NCBI GenBank assembly: GCA_937941245.1
Contig: CALDYC010000067.1
Location: 1,184 to 65,183 of the forward strand
DNA length: 64,000 nucleotides
Reading direction: 5' to 3'
Source of the DNA: an uncultured Acidimicrobiales bacterium
Lineage (GTDB): Bacteria > Actinomycetota > Acidimicrobiia > Acidimicrobiales > UBA10347
Of the stretch, positions 21,666 to 32,025 are shown piece by piece (within the stretch, counting starts at the first letter, position 1; the number at the start of each line of letters is the position of its first letter). The notes beneath the pieces were generated by a model that saw only the letters and a program-made list of their open reading frames with translations, was not told the origin of the DNA and ran no database searches. The translations under genes were made by a program, and so were the position numbers.

Positions 21666-23498
21666 TTGAATCGAGTAGCTCTGATCGCGATAGCGGCGGT
21701 GCTGTGTGTCGTGGCTGGCTGCACCGTCGACCCCGTACCCGTTGTCACGGATCGAGTCTCAACCGAGACGGCCTCTGTAACGGTTACCCCGGCGCGCCCC
21801 GAGCGCTCCGGCGCCACGCAGTCCGGCGGGGTGCCAGGGACCGAGTCTGCAACGGATGAGCCGCTCGAGTCTCCGGTGCCGACGCGTTCGTCCACCGACC
21901 CTTTGGCGTCGGACTCTGCGCCAGCGAACACGGGTACGGATCGTGGCGATGCCAGCACGGTTCCTGAGCCCGAGCTGACCTCTGAGCCCGAGTCGGCCCC
22001 TGAGCCCACGCCGATACCAACGGCCACGGCGATACAAGCGGCCACGCCGGCCCCTGAACCCACGCCGGCACCCACAGCCATGCCGCTCACCGGGGCAGAT
22101 GCAATAGCCAACGCACTGCCGTTCGCTTCGCTCCAAGACATGCCGTGCCCCGAGGGTGCGCGAGCCGCAGACGTTCGCTGCAGCAGCGCAACGTTGCCCG
22201 TGCATCCGTTGAACCCCGGCGACGGCGAAACCGTCGAACTTGTCGTGGCTTACGTCGACAACGGCGATCCACATGGTGTTGGTCCGGTCTTCTTTTTGCA
22301 AGGGGGACCTGGTGTCGGAAGCGTGTCCGGGGCTGCACGCTTTGTCGGGGCATCGTACGATTTGGTGTTCATCGACCAGCGCGGCACTGGGGCATCGACA
22401 CCGCGGCTTGACTGCGATGAGGTCGATGCGCTGTGGGCAGACGATCTTGGCGGTCTTGTCGATGAGGCTCAGGTTCTCGCCGGATTCGAGGCCTGTGCTG
22501 ATCGGCTTCGAGGCGAACGCGTAGACCTGAATGCATTTCATACCGACAACGCCGCCTTTGATGTTGCGTTGATCCGTCAGCTGCTCGGGATCGAAGACTG
22601 GTCTATCTGGGGTATCAGTTACGGAACCCGCTTAGGTCTCACGATCTTGCGTGACCATGCTGACGGATTGCGAGCAGCAATTCTCGATTCGGTCTTGCCG
22701 TTCGAGGTCGACTTCTTTGGATCGATTCCGCGCAACGGTCTGCGTTCGATCGAAGCGCTGAGCGCAGCCTGTGCCGCGGATACGTGCGCAACCGACCATG
22801 GCGACTTTCTTGACCAGCTGGGTGAAGCTGCGCGTCGGCTCGATGCTGATCCGCTCACTGTCAGTGCCAACCGGTCGGTTACCGGAGAACCCTTCGACGT
22901 GGTCGTCGATGGTGCTGAGCTACTCGACTTGACGTTCGCGCAGCTCTACAGCACTTCGCGGTTGCGTCAGCTGCCACGACAGGTCGCTCGTTTCGAGTTC
23001 GGTGGCATCGAGGAGATGGTCACCGCCCATGTATCGAGACGCGATCCGCAGTCTTTCGACCTTTCGTCGGCCTTGTACTACACGACGTGGTGTCGCGAAG
23101 AGGTGCCGTTCTACGACGAAACCTTCGACGACCAGGCTGTTGCACGTGGCGTCGAGCTGTTTGGTGCCGCGTTCGACGAAGCGCTCTCGGCCGACGGTGT
23201 CGACGACGTGTGCGCTGCGTTCGGCGTAGACGTCGGCCCATCGATCAATGATCGACCAATCACGAGCCAGGTGCCGACCGTCGTGTTTGCGGGAGCGTTC
23301 GATCCGGTGACGCCTCCCGAGTGGAGCAAACAGGTCGCCGACCAACTCGCGGAGACGACCTATGTCGAGTTCGCTGACCACGGCCACGGAATGACCAGTC
23401 GCTGCGCCGGGGAGATTCAACTCGAATTCTTGAAGAATCCGACCGCAGCGTTGGACCTGGCTTGTGTAATCGAGGTCGGTCCCCCCGATTTCGATTGA
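21666..23498 (+). CDS. Alpha/beta hydrolase lipoprotein (TAP-like peptidase family) with Pro/Thr-rich linker
   Basis: Signal peptide with lipobox VAGC, GGPG, DQRGTG, GISYGT nucleophile, DPVTP, GHG. Confidence 0.85.
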   Translation: MNRVALIAIAAVLCVVAGCTVDPVPVVTDRVSTETASVTVTPARPERSGATQSGGVPGTESATDEPLESPVPTRSSTDPLASDSAPANTGTDRGDASTVPEPELTSEPESAPEPTPIPTATAIQAATPAPEPTPAPTAMPLTGADAIANALPFASLQDMPCPEGARAADVRCSSATLPVHPLNPGDGETVELVVAYVDNGDPHGVGPVFFLQGGPGVGSVSGAARFVGASYDLVFIDQRGTGASTPRLDCDEVDALWADDLGGLVDEAQVLAGFEACADRLRGERVDLNAFHTDNAAFDVALIRQLLGIEDWSIWGISYGTRLGLTILRDHADGLRAAILDSVLPFEVDFFGSIPRNGLRSIEALSAACAADTCATDHGDFLDQLGEAARRLDADPLTVSANRSVTGEPFDVVVDGAELLDLTFAQLYSTSRLRQLPRQVARFEFGGIEEMVTAHVSRRDPQSFDLSSALYYTTWCREEVPFYDETFDDQAVARGVELFGAAFDEALSADGVDDVCAAFGVDVGPSINDRPITSQVPTVVFAGAFDPVTPPEWSKQVADQLAETTYVEFADHGHGMTSRCAGEIQLEFLKNPTAALDLACVIEVGPPDFD

Positions 23499-23551
23499 AG
23501 CCGGCCCGACGCCATTTAGGCAGCCGGGTTGGCCTAGAAATGCCGGTAGGC

Positions 23552-24538
23552 CTAGGAATAGTCGATCTGTGAGAAGTCGCTCAGTTTGTCGAGCTGATGA
23601 AAGGCATTGATCTGGCGCACCGTTCCGGAACGTGACCGCATGACCAACGACTGGGTGGTCGCTCCGCCGGCCTCGAAGTGCACGCCCTTAAGCAGGTCGC
23701 CGTCGGTGATACCGGTCGCGGCAAAGAATGAGTTGTCGCCGGCAACCAGGTCATTGGTCGTGAGTTTGCGGTCCAGGTCGTAGCCCAGCCGTTCAGCTTC
23801 TGCTCGCTCGTCGTCGTTGCGAGCCCAGACCTTGCCTTGGATCTCGCCGCCCATGCACTTCATCGCTGCAGCGGAGATCACACCCTCGGGAGTACCGCCG
23901 ATACCGAACAACACGTCGGCACCGGTGTCGGGCCATGCCGTCGACAATGCACCGGCAACGTCGCCGTCGGCAATCAGACGGATACGAGCTCCTTGAGCAC
24001 GGATTTCGGCAATCAACTCGGTGTGGCGAGGACGATCGAGTACCACAGCCGTCAGGTCTCGCACTCGCTCACCCTTGGCCTCGGCAATATGGTGCAGGTT
24101 GTCGCGAACCGATGCGTCGATGTCGATCACTTCAGCACACCTCGGGCCAACAGCGATCTTTTGCATGTACACGAACGGGCCCGGATCAAACATCGTGCCT
24201 GCGTCAGAGACCGCCAGAACCGACAACGCGTTGCCGCGGCCGTATGCAGTCAGGGTGGTGCCTTCGACGGGGTCAACGGCAACGTCGACTGTCGGACCCG
24301 TGCCGTCGCCAAGCTGCTCGCCGTTGTAGAGCATGGGAGCTTCGTCCTTTTCGCCCTCGCCGATGATGACAGTGCCGGCCATCGAGACGCTCGAGAGCAT
24401 GTGGCGCATGGCTTCTACCGCAGCGCCATCGGCGCCTTCCTTGTCTCCGCGGCCCATCCAGCGGCTTGCGGCGAGCGATCCAGCCTCGGTAACTCGAACC
24501 AGTTCAAGAGCGATGTTGCGATCAGGAGTCTCGTTCAT
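23552..24538 (-). CDS. glpX: Fructose-1,6-bisphosphatase class II
   Basis: [46 protein letters not shown]. Confidence 0.96.
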   Translation of the reverse strand: MNETPDRNIALELVRVTEAGSLAASRWMGRGDKEGADGAAVEAMRHMLSSVSMAGTVIIGEGEKDEAPMLYNGEQLGDGTGPTVDVAVDPVEGTTLTAYGRGNALSVLAVSDAGTMFDPGPFVYMQKIAVGPRCAEVIDIDASVRDNLHHIAEAKGERVRDLTAVVLDRPRHTELIAEIRAQGARIRLIADGDVAGALSTAWPDTGADVLFGIGGTPEGVISAAAMKCMGGEIQGKVWARNDDERAEAERLGYDLDRKLTTNDLVAGDNSFFAATGITDGDLLKGVHFEAGGATTQSLVMRSRSGTVRQINAFHQLDKLSDFSQIDYS

Positions 24539-24674
24539 TGTCGCTGCCTTGTGTCTGGAATCGAACATTTGGACCCTATCTCGGGGGTGCACAGGGTCTG
24601 GCGCGGCGGCCGGAGCCCCCGTGGTGTCCGAGAAGAATGTTGCCGTGGCCGGTTCAGGTCGTCATGATGGCCCG

Positions 24675-25511
24675 GTGAATACACACGCCGACTCAAGTCC
24701 CGAAACCGACGTTGTCTGGTGTTTCCAGTGCGGAAGCGAGTACGACCTCGATGTTGAGACATGCAAGGAATGCGGTGTTCCAACAACCGACGTGGCGCCA
24801 ACGACCGCTGATGATGTCGGAGACGCTGGCGACGACCAGATGGCCTATGAACTTCACGAGTGGACAGGTCAGGGCCGATCGCTTCTCGACGGCATGCTCT
24901 CGAGGCTCAACGTCGAGCATGCCTGGCAGGGAGCCACGCTCATCGTCCGAGAAGCCGACGAAGAGGCCGTCGATGCCTCGATAGCGGAGATCGAAGTCGT
25001 GGCCATGCCCACGCTCGACCCCGCAGAACCGACCATCGTCTACGAGCTCGATGAACTTGACGACCAGCAGCACGGCCGGCTGCTGCGCCGGCTGGGCGAC
25101 GGCGGACTCAACCATGCCTTCGACGGCAACGGCGACCTGTTCGTCTACGAAAGAGACGAAGCCAAGGTCGATGAGATCTTCTCGGGACTCGAACAGGCCG
25201 ACCTCAGTGAACGTGAGTTCGGCGAAGGCATCAGTGAGGACCCACTGTCTGTCATCACGGACATGTTCGTAGCGCTCACTCGGCTCCGCAAGCGCCCCAA
25301 CGAAGGCAAATCTGTCGTCAACGTCGTCGAAACGGCTCAGCTCATCGAACAAATGCGCCTTCCCTATGGCATGGGCGTCGACGTGTGGTCTTCGGTCGTC
25401 GATCAATCGGCTGATCTGAGCGATCTACTCACGAGCGATGAGGTCGTAGGCAACGACGAGGTCGAAGAAAAGGCAGCAGCATTGCATGGGCTGCTTCGAC
25501 GACTGGTCTAG
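24675..25511 (+). CDS. Hypothetical protein with N-terminal CxxC-CxxC zinc ribbon and two internal repeats
   Basis: CFQC..CKEC; duplicated ~55-aa YEL..L...H...L.V.E.DE..VD unit; GTG 6 nt after CATGAT. Confidence 0.75.
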   Translation: MNTHADSSPETDVVWCFQCGSEYDLDVETCKECGVPTTDVAPTTADDVGDAGDDQMAYELHEWTGQGRSLLDGMLSRLNVEHAWQGATLIVREADEEAVDASIAEIEVVAMPTLDPAEPTIVYELDELDDQQHGRLLRRLGDGGLNHAFDGNGDLFVYERDEAKVDEIFSGLEQADLSEREFGEGISEDPLSVITDMFVALTRLRKRPNEGKSVVNVVETAQLIEQMRLPYGMGVDVWSSVVDQSADLSDLLTSDEVVGNDEVEEKAAALHGLLRRLV

Positions 25512-25595
25512 CTGTGGCAAACCGGCGACCACGCGCAAAATGCGGCCGTCGCCGTCAGCCACGTGTCCTTGCCCGCCGACCCGTAACCTTGCGCG

Positions 25596-26309
25596 GTGCT
25601 TCTGGCTGAACTTGAGGTCTTCCACTCGCGCCCCATCGCGCCCACCCGTCGGGTGGCGTTGGGTCGGGCGATCCTGCCGACCGATGACCCGCCAGGGTTC
25701 GGTGGGCTCCTGCTGGCAGCGGTTGTCGCCAGATATAGCCAAATGATTGACCCGGAACTTGTGGAAGAACTCGAGGTCCTGAGCTACCAGGTCGAGCAGG
25801 GACAGCGCATTCCGCAGCCGCGCCTGCGGCACCGCCTGCAGCAGGACCGGGTAGGTCTCAGCCGGTCGGTGCACACGCTTGAACGGCTCCCAAACAACAA
25901 GCTCCACGTCCGCTACGAGCCCGAGCACCAAGCGCCTGCTCAGTTCGTGCTTGCGGCGGTCTATGTCGCCGGCACGGTTCCCGATGCACACCGTTCGGCA
26001 GTCATGTCCTGTATTCGTCGGGCGATCGGATGGCAGGGCGACACCGAAACCAGCGATCTGTTGCTTCGACACCTAAGCAGCTCGTTCGAGCGCTACGCCT
26101 TGTCGTCGTCATCGCTCGCCGACCCGGTCGCGTGGGCACTCGAAGTTCTCGGGCTTGATCCTGAGGGCGACGTTCCTGATAGTGCAGAGCTGCGAAGTGC
26201 CTATCGATCCTTGCTTCGTCAAGCGCATCCCGATATCGGTGGCGAAGCTGACGATGCAGCCGACAGAATCGCCGAGCTGACCGAGGCCCGGCGCATTCTG
26301 ATGGACTGA
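25596..26309 (+). CDS. J-domain-containing protein (C-terminal J domain)
   Basis: ALEVLGL..LRSAYRSLLRQAHPDIGG with intact HPD. Confidence 0.85.
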   Translation: MLLAELEVFHSRPIAPTRRVALGRAILPTDDPPGFGGLLLAAVVARYSQMIDPELVEELEVLSYQVEQGQRIPQPRLRHRLQQDRVGLSRSVHTLERLPNNKLHVRYEPEHQAPAQFVLAAVYVAGTVPDAHRSAVMSCIRRAIGWQGDTETSDLLLRHLSSSFERYALSSSSLADPVAWALEVLGLDPEGDVPDSAELRSAYRSLLRQAHPDIGGEADDAADRIAELTEARRILMD

Positions 26310-26313
26310 ACCG

Positions 26314-28305
26314 GTGGCGCTGCTGCTTGGTGTCGACGCTGGCGGCACATATACCGATGCCGTGATTGTTGACGATGCGCGTGCGCCCGGACCATCTCAA
26401 GTGGTTGCCTGGTCGAAGTGTGAAACCACGCATGGCGACCTGAACGTCGGCGTGTCCCAGGCGATGCGTCAGGTGATCGAGTCCAGCGGGGTGTCTGGTG
26501 CGCAGGTCGACCTTGTTGCGGTCTCAACCACGCTCGCGACCAACGCCCTTGTGGAAGGCCACGCCCAGCCCGTTGCGTTGGTGAGTGTTGGCTTCTCGTT
26601 GGCTGATTTGCAGCGAATCGGCCTGGACGAGCACGTGCCTGCACACCTGCAACTCGTGTTCGATGGTGGGCACGACGCACATGGAAATGAACGGTCGGCG
26701 CTCGATATCGATGCCATCGGTCGCCGTTTCGAGTCGATCGTGGATCAGGTGTCAGCGTGCGCCGTGGTCGCGCAATTCAGCGTCCGTAATCCAGCCCACG
26801 AGCGCAAGGTTCGTGACGCTCTCGCTGCGGCACACTCGATCCCGGTGACGTGCAGCCACGAGCTCACGGCCCGGCTCGATGGGCCACGCCGAGCGGTGAC
26901 CTCGGTTCTCAACGCCGGGCTCATTGGCGTGATCGGTGAGCTGAACTCCGCCGTCCAGCGGTCGATGTCGCACCTGGCAATCGCGGCTCCGCTGATGGTT
27001 GTTCGTGGCGATGGCACGTTGGTGTCCGCAGCGTTCGCTCGCGATCGGCCGATCGAGACCGTATTGTCGGGCCCTGCAGCAAGTGTGATTGGCGGCCTGC
27101 ACCTTGCTGCCGAGCCCACGTGCCTGGTCATCGATATCGGTGGAACGACGAGCGATCTGGCCGTGGTGCACAATGGTCGACCGAGAATCGCGACCGAAGG
27201 TGCGACCGTTGGCGGGCATCGCACGATGGTCGAAGCTGTTGACATGGCCACGATCGGGCTCGGCGGGGACAGCGAGGTCAGGGTCGATAGTCGCGCCGAC
27301 GGCGGGCCGCTGATGATCGGCCCCGAGCGAGCGATCGCGGTTGGGCGGCTGGCGGCTCGATGGCCCGACCTGCACGACGTACTCGACCGCCAACTCGCCG
27401 CACAGGTCGGCCAGAGAGGGCACGGCAGGTTCGTAGTGCTCGAACGTGAGGCAGCCACAGACAGCCTTGATCAACGCGAGCGGTCAATGCTCGATGCACT
27501 ATCCACTGGGCCGGTTGCTGAATCAGCGGTCGCGTTCAACAGCGCCGACGTCGCAGTGTTGACGCGTCTGCGTTCGCGGGGCCTGGTTCGCGTCGCCACC
27601 ATGACACCGACCGACGCAATCGCTCACACACAACACATCGACGGCGTCGATTCCAGCGCGTCTCGCAAGGTTGCGACCCTGTTGGCCCGCCAACAGGGTC
27701 CCGACGGATCTGCGGTCGCTTCGGACTCGAACGAGCTTGCTGAAGCGGTCGTTGAGCAGATGGTCTCGCTCCAAGCGACGTTCATGCTGAAATCGGCGCT
27801 GGTCGCGGACGGCGTCAACAAGGTCGATGACGACAATCCGCTCTTGCAATCGGCCCTCGCGTCGGCTGGCCCGACGGCCCACGTGTCGATCGAACTTCTC
27901 AACCCCGTCATTGCACTCGGTGCATCGGCGGCTACCTACTTTCCGATGGTTGGGGATCGGATCAAGGCAGATGTGCGGGTACCCGCACATGCAGGTGTCG
28001 CCAATGCTGTCGGGGCAGTGGTTGGCCAAGTCCGGGTCCGAGAAACAGCCGTGGTGACCCAGCCAACTCGAGGGCAGTTCCGGGTGCATCTTGATGATCA
28101 ACCCGGCTTTGGCACCGAGGAATGGGCTCGCGACCATGCCCGCATCGTGCTGAGCGAGCGCCTGCGCAGAGCGGCCGACAGAGCCGGAGCGGCGAACCCG
28201 GTACTGCACGAATCATGGGATGTCACCCGCGCCACCATCGATGGGCGAGAGGTATTCGTCGAGGCCACGTTCACCCTCGAGGCAACCGGCAGGCCACGAC
28301 TGTGA
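26314..28305 (+). CDS. Hydantoinase/oxoprolinase family protein
   Basis: GVDAGGTYTDAV, STTLATNALVEG, ETVLSGPAAS, DIGGTTSD, GLGGDS, VANAVGA. Confidence 0.9.
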   Translation: MALLLGVDAGGTYTDAVIVDDARAPGPSQVVAWSKCETTHGDLNVGVSQAMRQVIESSGVSGAQVDLVAVSTTLATNALVEGHAQPVALVSVGFSLADLQRIGLDEHVPAHLQLVFDGGHDAHGNERSALDIDAIGRRFESIVDQVSACAVVAQFSVRNPAHERKVRDALAAAHSIPVTCSHELTARLDGPRRAVTSVLNAGLIGVIGELNSAVQRSMSHLAIAAPLMVVRGDGTLVSAAFARDRPIETVLSGPAASVIGGLHLAAEPTCLVIDIGGTTSDLAVVHNGRPRIATEGATVGGHRTMVEAVDMATIGLGGDSEVRVDSRADGGPLMIGPERAIAVGRLAARWPDLHDVLDRQLAAQVGQRGHGRFVVLEREAATDSLDQRERSMLDALSTGPVAESAVAFNSADVAVLTRLRSRGLVRVATMTPTDAIAHTQHIDGVDSSASRKVATLLARQQGPDGSAVASDSNELAEAVVEQMVSLQATFMLKSALVADGVNKVDDDNPLLQSALASAGPTAHVSIELLNPVIALGASAATYFPMVGDRIKADVRVPAHAGVANAVGAVVGQVRVRETAVVTQPTRGQFRVHLDDQPGFGTEEWARDHARIVLSERLRRAADRAGAANPVLHESWDVTRATIDGREVFVEATFTLEATGRPRL

Positions 28306-28868
28306 GCGTGAGTGGCCTGGTGCTCGCCCATGGCGCAGGTAGCGATCGGGATCAGGCGACGCTCGTGGCGGTTGATCAGGCTGTGCAGCCACTTCCGGTA
28401 CACCGATTCGACTTTTGGTACCGGCGCGAACAGCGTCGCCGCCCACCGGATCGGGCCCCAAAGCTGCTTGCATGTCTGGACGAAGAACGGTTGGCGTTCT
28501 GTCACGATCGCGAGCTTGACCCCCAAAGGCTCGTACTTGGCGGCCACTCGATGGGCGGACGAATGGCGTCGATGGCGGTAGCCGATGGGACCCCCGCTGC
28601 TGGGCTGGTGCTGCTGAGCTATCCGCTTCATCCACAAGGAAAACCTGACAAACTCCGGGTCGACCACTTTGATCGCATACACGTCCCAGTCCTCTTCGTG
28701 TCAGGAGACCGGGACCCCCTTGGCAGACCTCACGAGTTCGCCGAACACATCGATGCAATCGCCGCGCCGGTCACACAGGTGTGGATCGAGGGCGCCAACC
28801 ATGGCCCCAAGCCCAAGCATGTGCCGCAGATCGTCGAGGCGGTTGTGACGTTCATGGCGGGTTTGTGA
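28302..28868 (+). CDS. Small alpha/beta hydrolase (KANL3/Tex30-like)
   Basis: LAHGAG, GGHSMGGR, LSYPLHP, GDRDPLG, ANH. Confidence 0.85.
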   Translation: MSVSGLVLAHGAGSDRDQATLVAVDQAVQPLPVHRFDFWYRREQRRRPPDRAPKLLACLDEERLAFCHDRELDPQRLVLGGHSMGGRMASMAVADGTPAAGLVLLSYPLHPQGKPDKLRVDHFDRIHVPVLFVSGDRDPLGRPHEFAEHIDAIAAPVTQVWIEGANHGPKPKHVPQIVEAVVTFMAGL

Positions 28869-28893
28869 GTGCGGTGGCGGCACCGACGAGCAC

Positions 28894-30396
28894 TTAGGGC
28901 CCGACGTGGTCTTCGGGGTTGAGGTCTTCAAGTGAGCGGCCACCAGTTTCGGGATAGCGAGAGATCACCAGGATCGCCAGGATCGGCACAATCGCAAGCC
29001 ACGCGAAGGTTCGGCCGAAGCCCCACCGTTCTGAGTACTCACCGACGAACCACAAGCCGATGACGCTGCCGATCACGCTGACACATGTGAGTAGACCGTT
29101 TGCGAGTCCGCGTCTCGAGGTCGGGAAAAGCTCTGGTCCGTACACGCCAAGCGCAGGGATCGTCGCAGCGCCGATGACCGTAGACAGCACGCCAGCACAC
29201 CACATGAGCGGACCGGCCGCGTTGTAACGAACCACGGCAAATACCACTCCACCGAAGAGACCAATCGCTCCGATCACACGGCGGCTGCGGCGGTCGGCGA
29301 ATCGCCCAGCAACAGCGACACCGATGCCTACTGGGGTGCTGACCGCTGTCGAGTACAAGCCGATTCGTCCTCCGGAGAAGCCCCGCTCGTCGCGGAGATA
29401 CTCATTCTGGAAGTTCGACGCTGGCGCTGCGAACATTGACGCGGCGGCTCCGACGGTGGCCAACATGGCGAATCGCCGACGCATGCTTGACGTGATGGGA
29501 ACCGAAGCACCCACCACCCGCTGCATGAATCGGCGGGTCTCGCGGAGCCGGCCGCGGAGGAACCACAAGGTCGGAAGTGCGAGCAACGCAACGACATACA
29601 GAACCCGCCAAGCTGAATCGGCGCGGTCAGCGAACGGGATGAGCCACAGCACCATGCCTGACCCGAGACCGGCGCAAAGCGCGAGAACCGATGTAACCCA
29701 TGCCCTTGAGCTGTCTGGGGCCTCTTCTGCGGCCGCTACACCGATGAGGATGCCGAAACCCGTAGCGAGCCCGCGTGACAACGTTTGGGCGGAGCCAAAC
29801 CACCAAATGCCGGGTGTTAACGCGGTGGCAGCAGCAAACACCGCAGAACCAGTGCCTGCGGCCAACAACATGGTTCGACGCCCGATGCGATCGGCTGCGG
29901 CGACGACCGCGAGTGCGAGCAATGCTCCGATACGCGTGAGCCCGGTGACCAGTCCTTGCGTGCTTCGGTCTGCGCCAAAGTCGTCGGCGACGAAGGTGAT
30001 CGTCTGGGACAGCAACGTGCCGAGATAGGCCGCGGTCAATGTCGCAATCGTCAAGAGAGAGAGCGTGGTTGCTGCCGCTGCATCGAGCCGGTCCGGCGGA
30101 GCCCACCACGGCGCGGTGGGCCGGGGCGGTCGACGGAGATAGCGCTTGGCTACGGGGGTGAATAGCGGACGCCAGATCGCTGCGGCGACGGTGAATTCGG
30201 TGGTTTCGACGATGCCGTGGTCGGTCTCGACCACCGTGCGTCGGTAGCTCGTGAACGGTCCGATGTCGCAGACAAAGCCCCGATCGTCGGCGCGTTCTCG
30301 CAGCAACCAGTCGTTGCGCTCAGTGTCGAGTCGGTCGAGCGTCGTGCATGCGTCGCTGAGCGATGCAACAGGGTGGATGGTGGTGAGCCGTGCCAT
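28894..30396 (-). CDS. MFS transporter with ~100-aa soluble N-terminal extension
   Basis: About 12 TM helices, ADRIGRR and ADRRSRR loop motifs, ELFPTSRRG, PETGGRSLE. Confidence 0.88.
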   Translation of the reverse strand: MARLTTIHPVASLSDACTTLDRLDTERNDWLLRERADDRGFVCDIGPFTSYRRTVVETDHGIVETTEFTVAAAIWRPLFTPVAKRYLRRPPRPTAPWWAPPDRLDAAAATTLSLLTIATLTAAYLGTLLSQTITFVADDFGADRSTQGLVTGLTRIGALLALAVVAAADRIGRRTMLLAAGTGSAVFAAATALTPGIWWFGSAQTLSRGLATGFGILIGVAAAEEAPDSSRAWVTSVLALCAGLGSGMVLWLIPFADRADSAWRVLYVVALLALPTLWFLRGRLRETRRFMQRVVGASVPITSSMRRRFAMLATVGAAASMFAAPASNFQNEYLRDERGFSGGRIGLYSTAVSTPVGIGVAVAGRFADRRSRRVIGAIGLFGGVVFAVVRYNAAGPLMWCAGVLSTVIGAATIPALGVYGPELFPTSRRGLANGLLTCVSVIGSVIGLWFVGEYSERWGFGRTFAWLAIVPILAILVISRYPETGGRSLEDLNPEDHVGP

Positions 30397-30527
30397 GACG
30401 TGTCGGCGAGACTAGCCACGCTGGACAGCGAATGGCCGTGGGGGAGCGCTCCCCGCTGCGGTGGGCATTGCTACGACCAGACAGTTCTATGCTGCGTCAG
30501 GTTCGAATCGCTAGCACGGAGTCATCG

Positions 30528-31826
30528 ATGAGCAGCAGCCTGGTTGTGCATGGAGGTAAGCCGCTGTCCGGCAGCGTTCGACCCTCGGGAAACAAGAACT
30601 CGGTTTTGCCGACGCTCTGCGCCTCGCTTTTGACCGATGAGCCGGTCCGGATTACCAATGTCCCCGACATCACCGATGTCGGCAAACTGGTCGACTTCTT
30701 TGAGTCGCTCGGAAGCGACGTGCAGTGGGACAAACAAACCGAGACGGTGACGCTCTGCCACGCGTCGATCGACCTGTCGCGGGTCGAGGCGCTTCCGCCG
30801 GGCATGCGCAGCTCGGTCATGTTGTTCGGCCCGCTGCTGTCGCGGGTTGGTCACCTCAACGTCACCGAGGATGCCACCGGGTGCTCGCTTGGTGCCCGTG
30901 AAGTCGACCCGCATCTCGACATTCTCGAAGGGTTTGGTGCGCAGGTCGAGTGGGGGGACCGGCGCGAGCTTCGGCTAGCGGGGCCGTTCCAGGCGCAAGA
31001 TCAGTGGCTCGACTATGCATCGGTGACCACGACGGAACACTTCGTCATGTGTGCTTCGCTCGCGTCGGGAACGTCGACATTGGTGAATGCCGCCAGCGAG
31101 CCCCACGTCCAAGACGTATGCCATGTGCTGACGCAGATGGGTGCGAAGATCGATGGCATTGGCACCTCGGTGCTTCGGGTCGAAGGGGTTGAAGTCCTCG
31201 GCGGCGCCGACGTCCGCGTAAGCGACGATCACCACGAGATTTTCACGTTCCTCGCTATCGGCGCAATGACGGGCGGCGAGGTGACGGTGCCTCACTCGGT
31301 CCATCAACACTTCCCGCTTATGGACCGGGCACTTGAGAAATTCGGCGTGCAGGTCGATGTCGACGCTGCAGGGTCATCGGTGCGAGCCGGATCCGAACTC
31401 GAGATTGTGCACCCCAGGACCCAGAACCTTGTGACGAAAATCGAGGGTGCTCCGTGGCCCTATTTCCCCGTGGATCTGCTTCCACCTGTTGTCGCACTCG
31501 GCACGGTCGCCCGCGGCAGCGTGCTCTATTGGAACAAGGTCTATGAAGGCGCATTTGGCTGGATCCCCGAGCTGATGAAGTTCGGTACCCAGGTGACGGT
31601 GTGTGACCCGCACCGGGTGATCGTCACCGGCCGCGAAGATCTCAGACCAGCGATCGTCGACGCGCCCTACATCATTCGGGTGATTATCTCGCTGTTTATG
31701 GTCGCTGCCACGATCGACGGCGAATCGGTAATCCGCAATGCCGAGCCGGTTCGGCGGGCCCACCCCGACTTCGTTGAGAATCTGCGTTCACTCGGTGCCG
31801 AGGTCGAATGGACGTCCGAAGCCTGA
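30528..31826 (+). CDS. MurA-like enolpyruvyl transferase (divergent paralog)
   Basis: PLSGSV..SGNKNSVLP, GCSLGAREVD, NAASEPHV, PWPYFPVD, VENLRSLGA. Confidence 0.85.
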   Translation: MSSSLVVHGGKPLSGSVRPSGNKNSVLPTLCASLLTDEPVRITNVPDITDVGKLVDFFESLGSDVQWDKQTETVTLCHASIDLSRVEALPPGMRSSVMLFGPLLSRVGHLNVTEDATGCSLGAREVDPHLDILEGFGAQVEWGDRRELRLAGPFQAQDQWLDYASVTTTEHFVMCASLASGTSTLVNAASEPHVQDVCHVLTQMGAKIDGIGTSVLRVEGVEVLGGADVRVSDDHHEIFTFLAIGAMTGGEVTVPHSVHQHFPLMDRALEKFGVQVDVDAAGSSVRAGSELEIVHPRTQNLVTKIEGAPWPYFPVDLLPPVVALGTVARGSVLYWNKVYEGAFGWIPELMKFGTQVTVCDPHRVIVTGREDLRPAIVDAPYIIRVIISLFMVAATIDGESVIRNAEPVRRAHPDFVENLRSLGAEVEWTSEA

Positions 31827-31838
31827 ACTCGGGCGGGA

Positions 31839-32024
31839 TCAGCTCTCGTGTGTTGCCTGGTGAGCGGCGTGTTCGGCGAGCTTGGCGTTCGCCCGACGGT
31901 TCGCGAGTACGAGCACCGCGGCAAACACGAGTAGCGGTACCGCGACCATAAGAATCTCGTCCCACCCGCCCTGATGGGCGACGAGTGATCGACGCGCCGC
32001 AGCGAAGGCGGCCAGTAGCGCCAT
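31839..32024 (-). CDS. Small single-TM protein
   Basis: AHQGGWDEILMVAVPLLVFAAVLVLANRRA; starts 1 nt after the upstream gene's stop. Confidence 0.65.
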   Translation of the reverse strand: MALLAAFAAARRSLVAHQGGWDEILMVAVPLLVFAAVLVLANRRANAKLAEHAAHQATHES

Positions 32025-32025
32025 G

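Noticed and set aside
21955-22080. Repeats such as CCTGAGCCC in the hydrolase gene
   Set aside because: Explained by a Pro/Glu/Thr-rich linker (PEPE/PTP), common in lipoproteins
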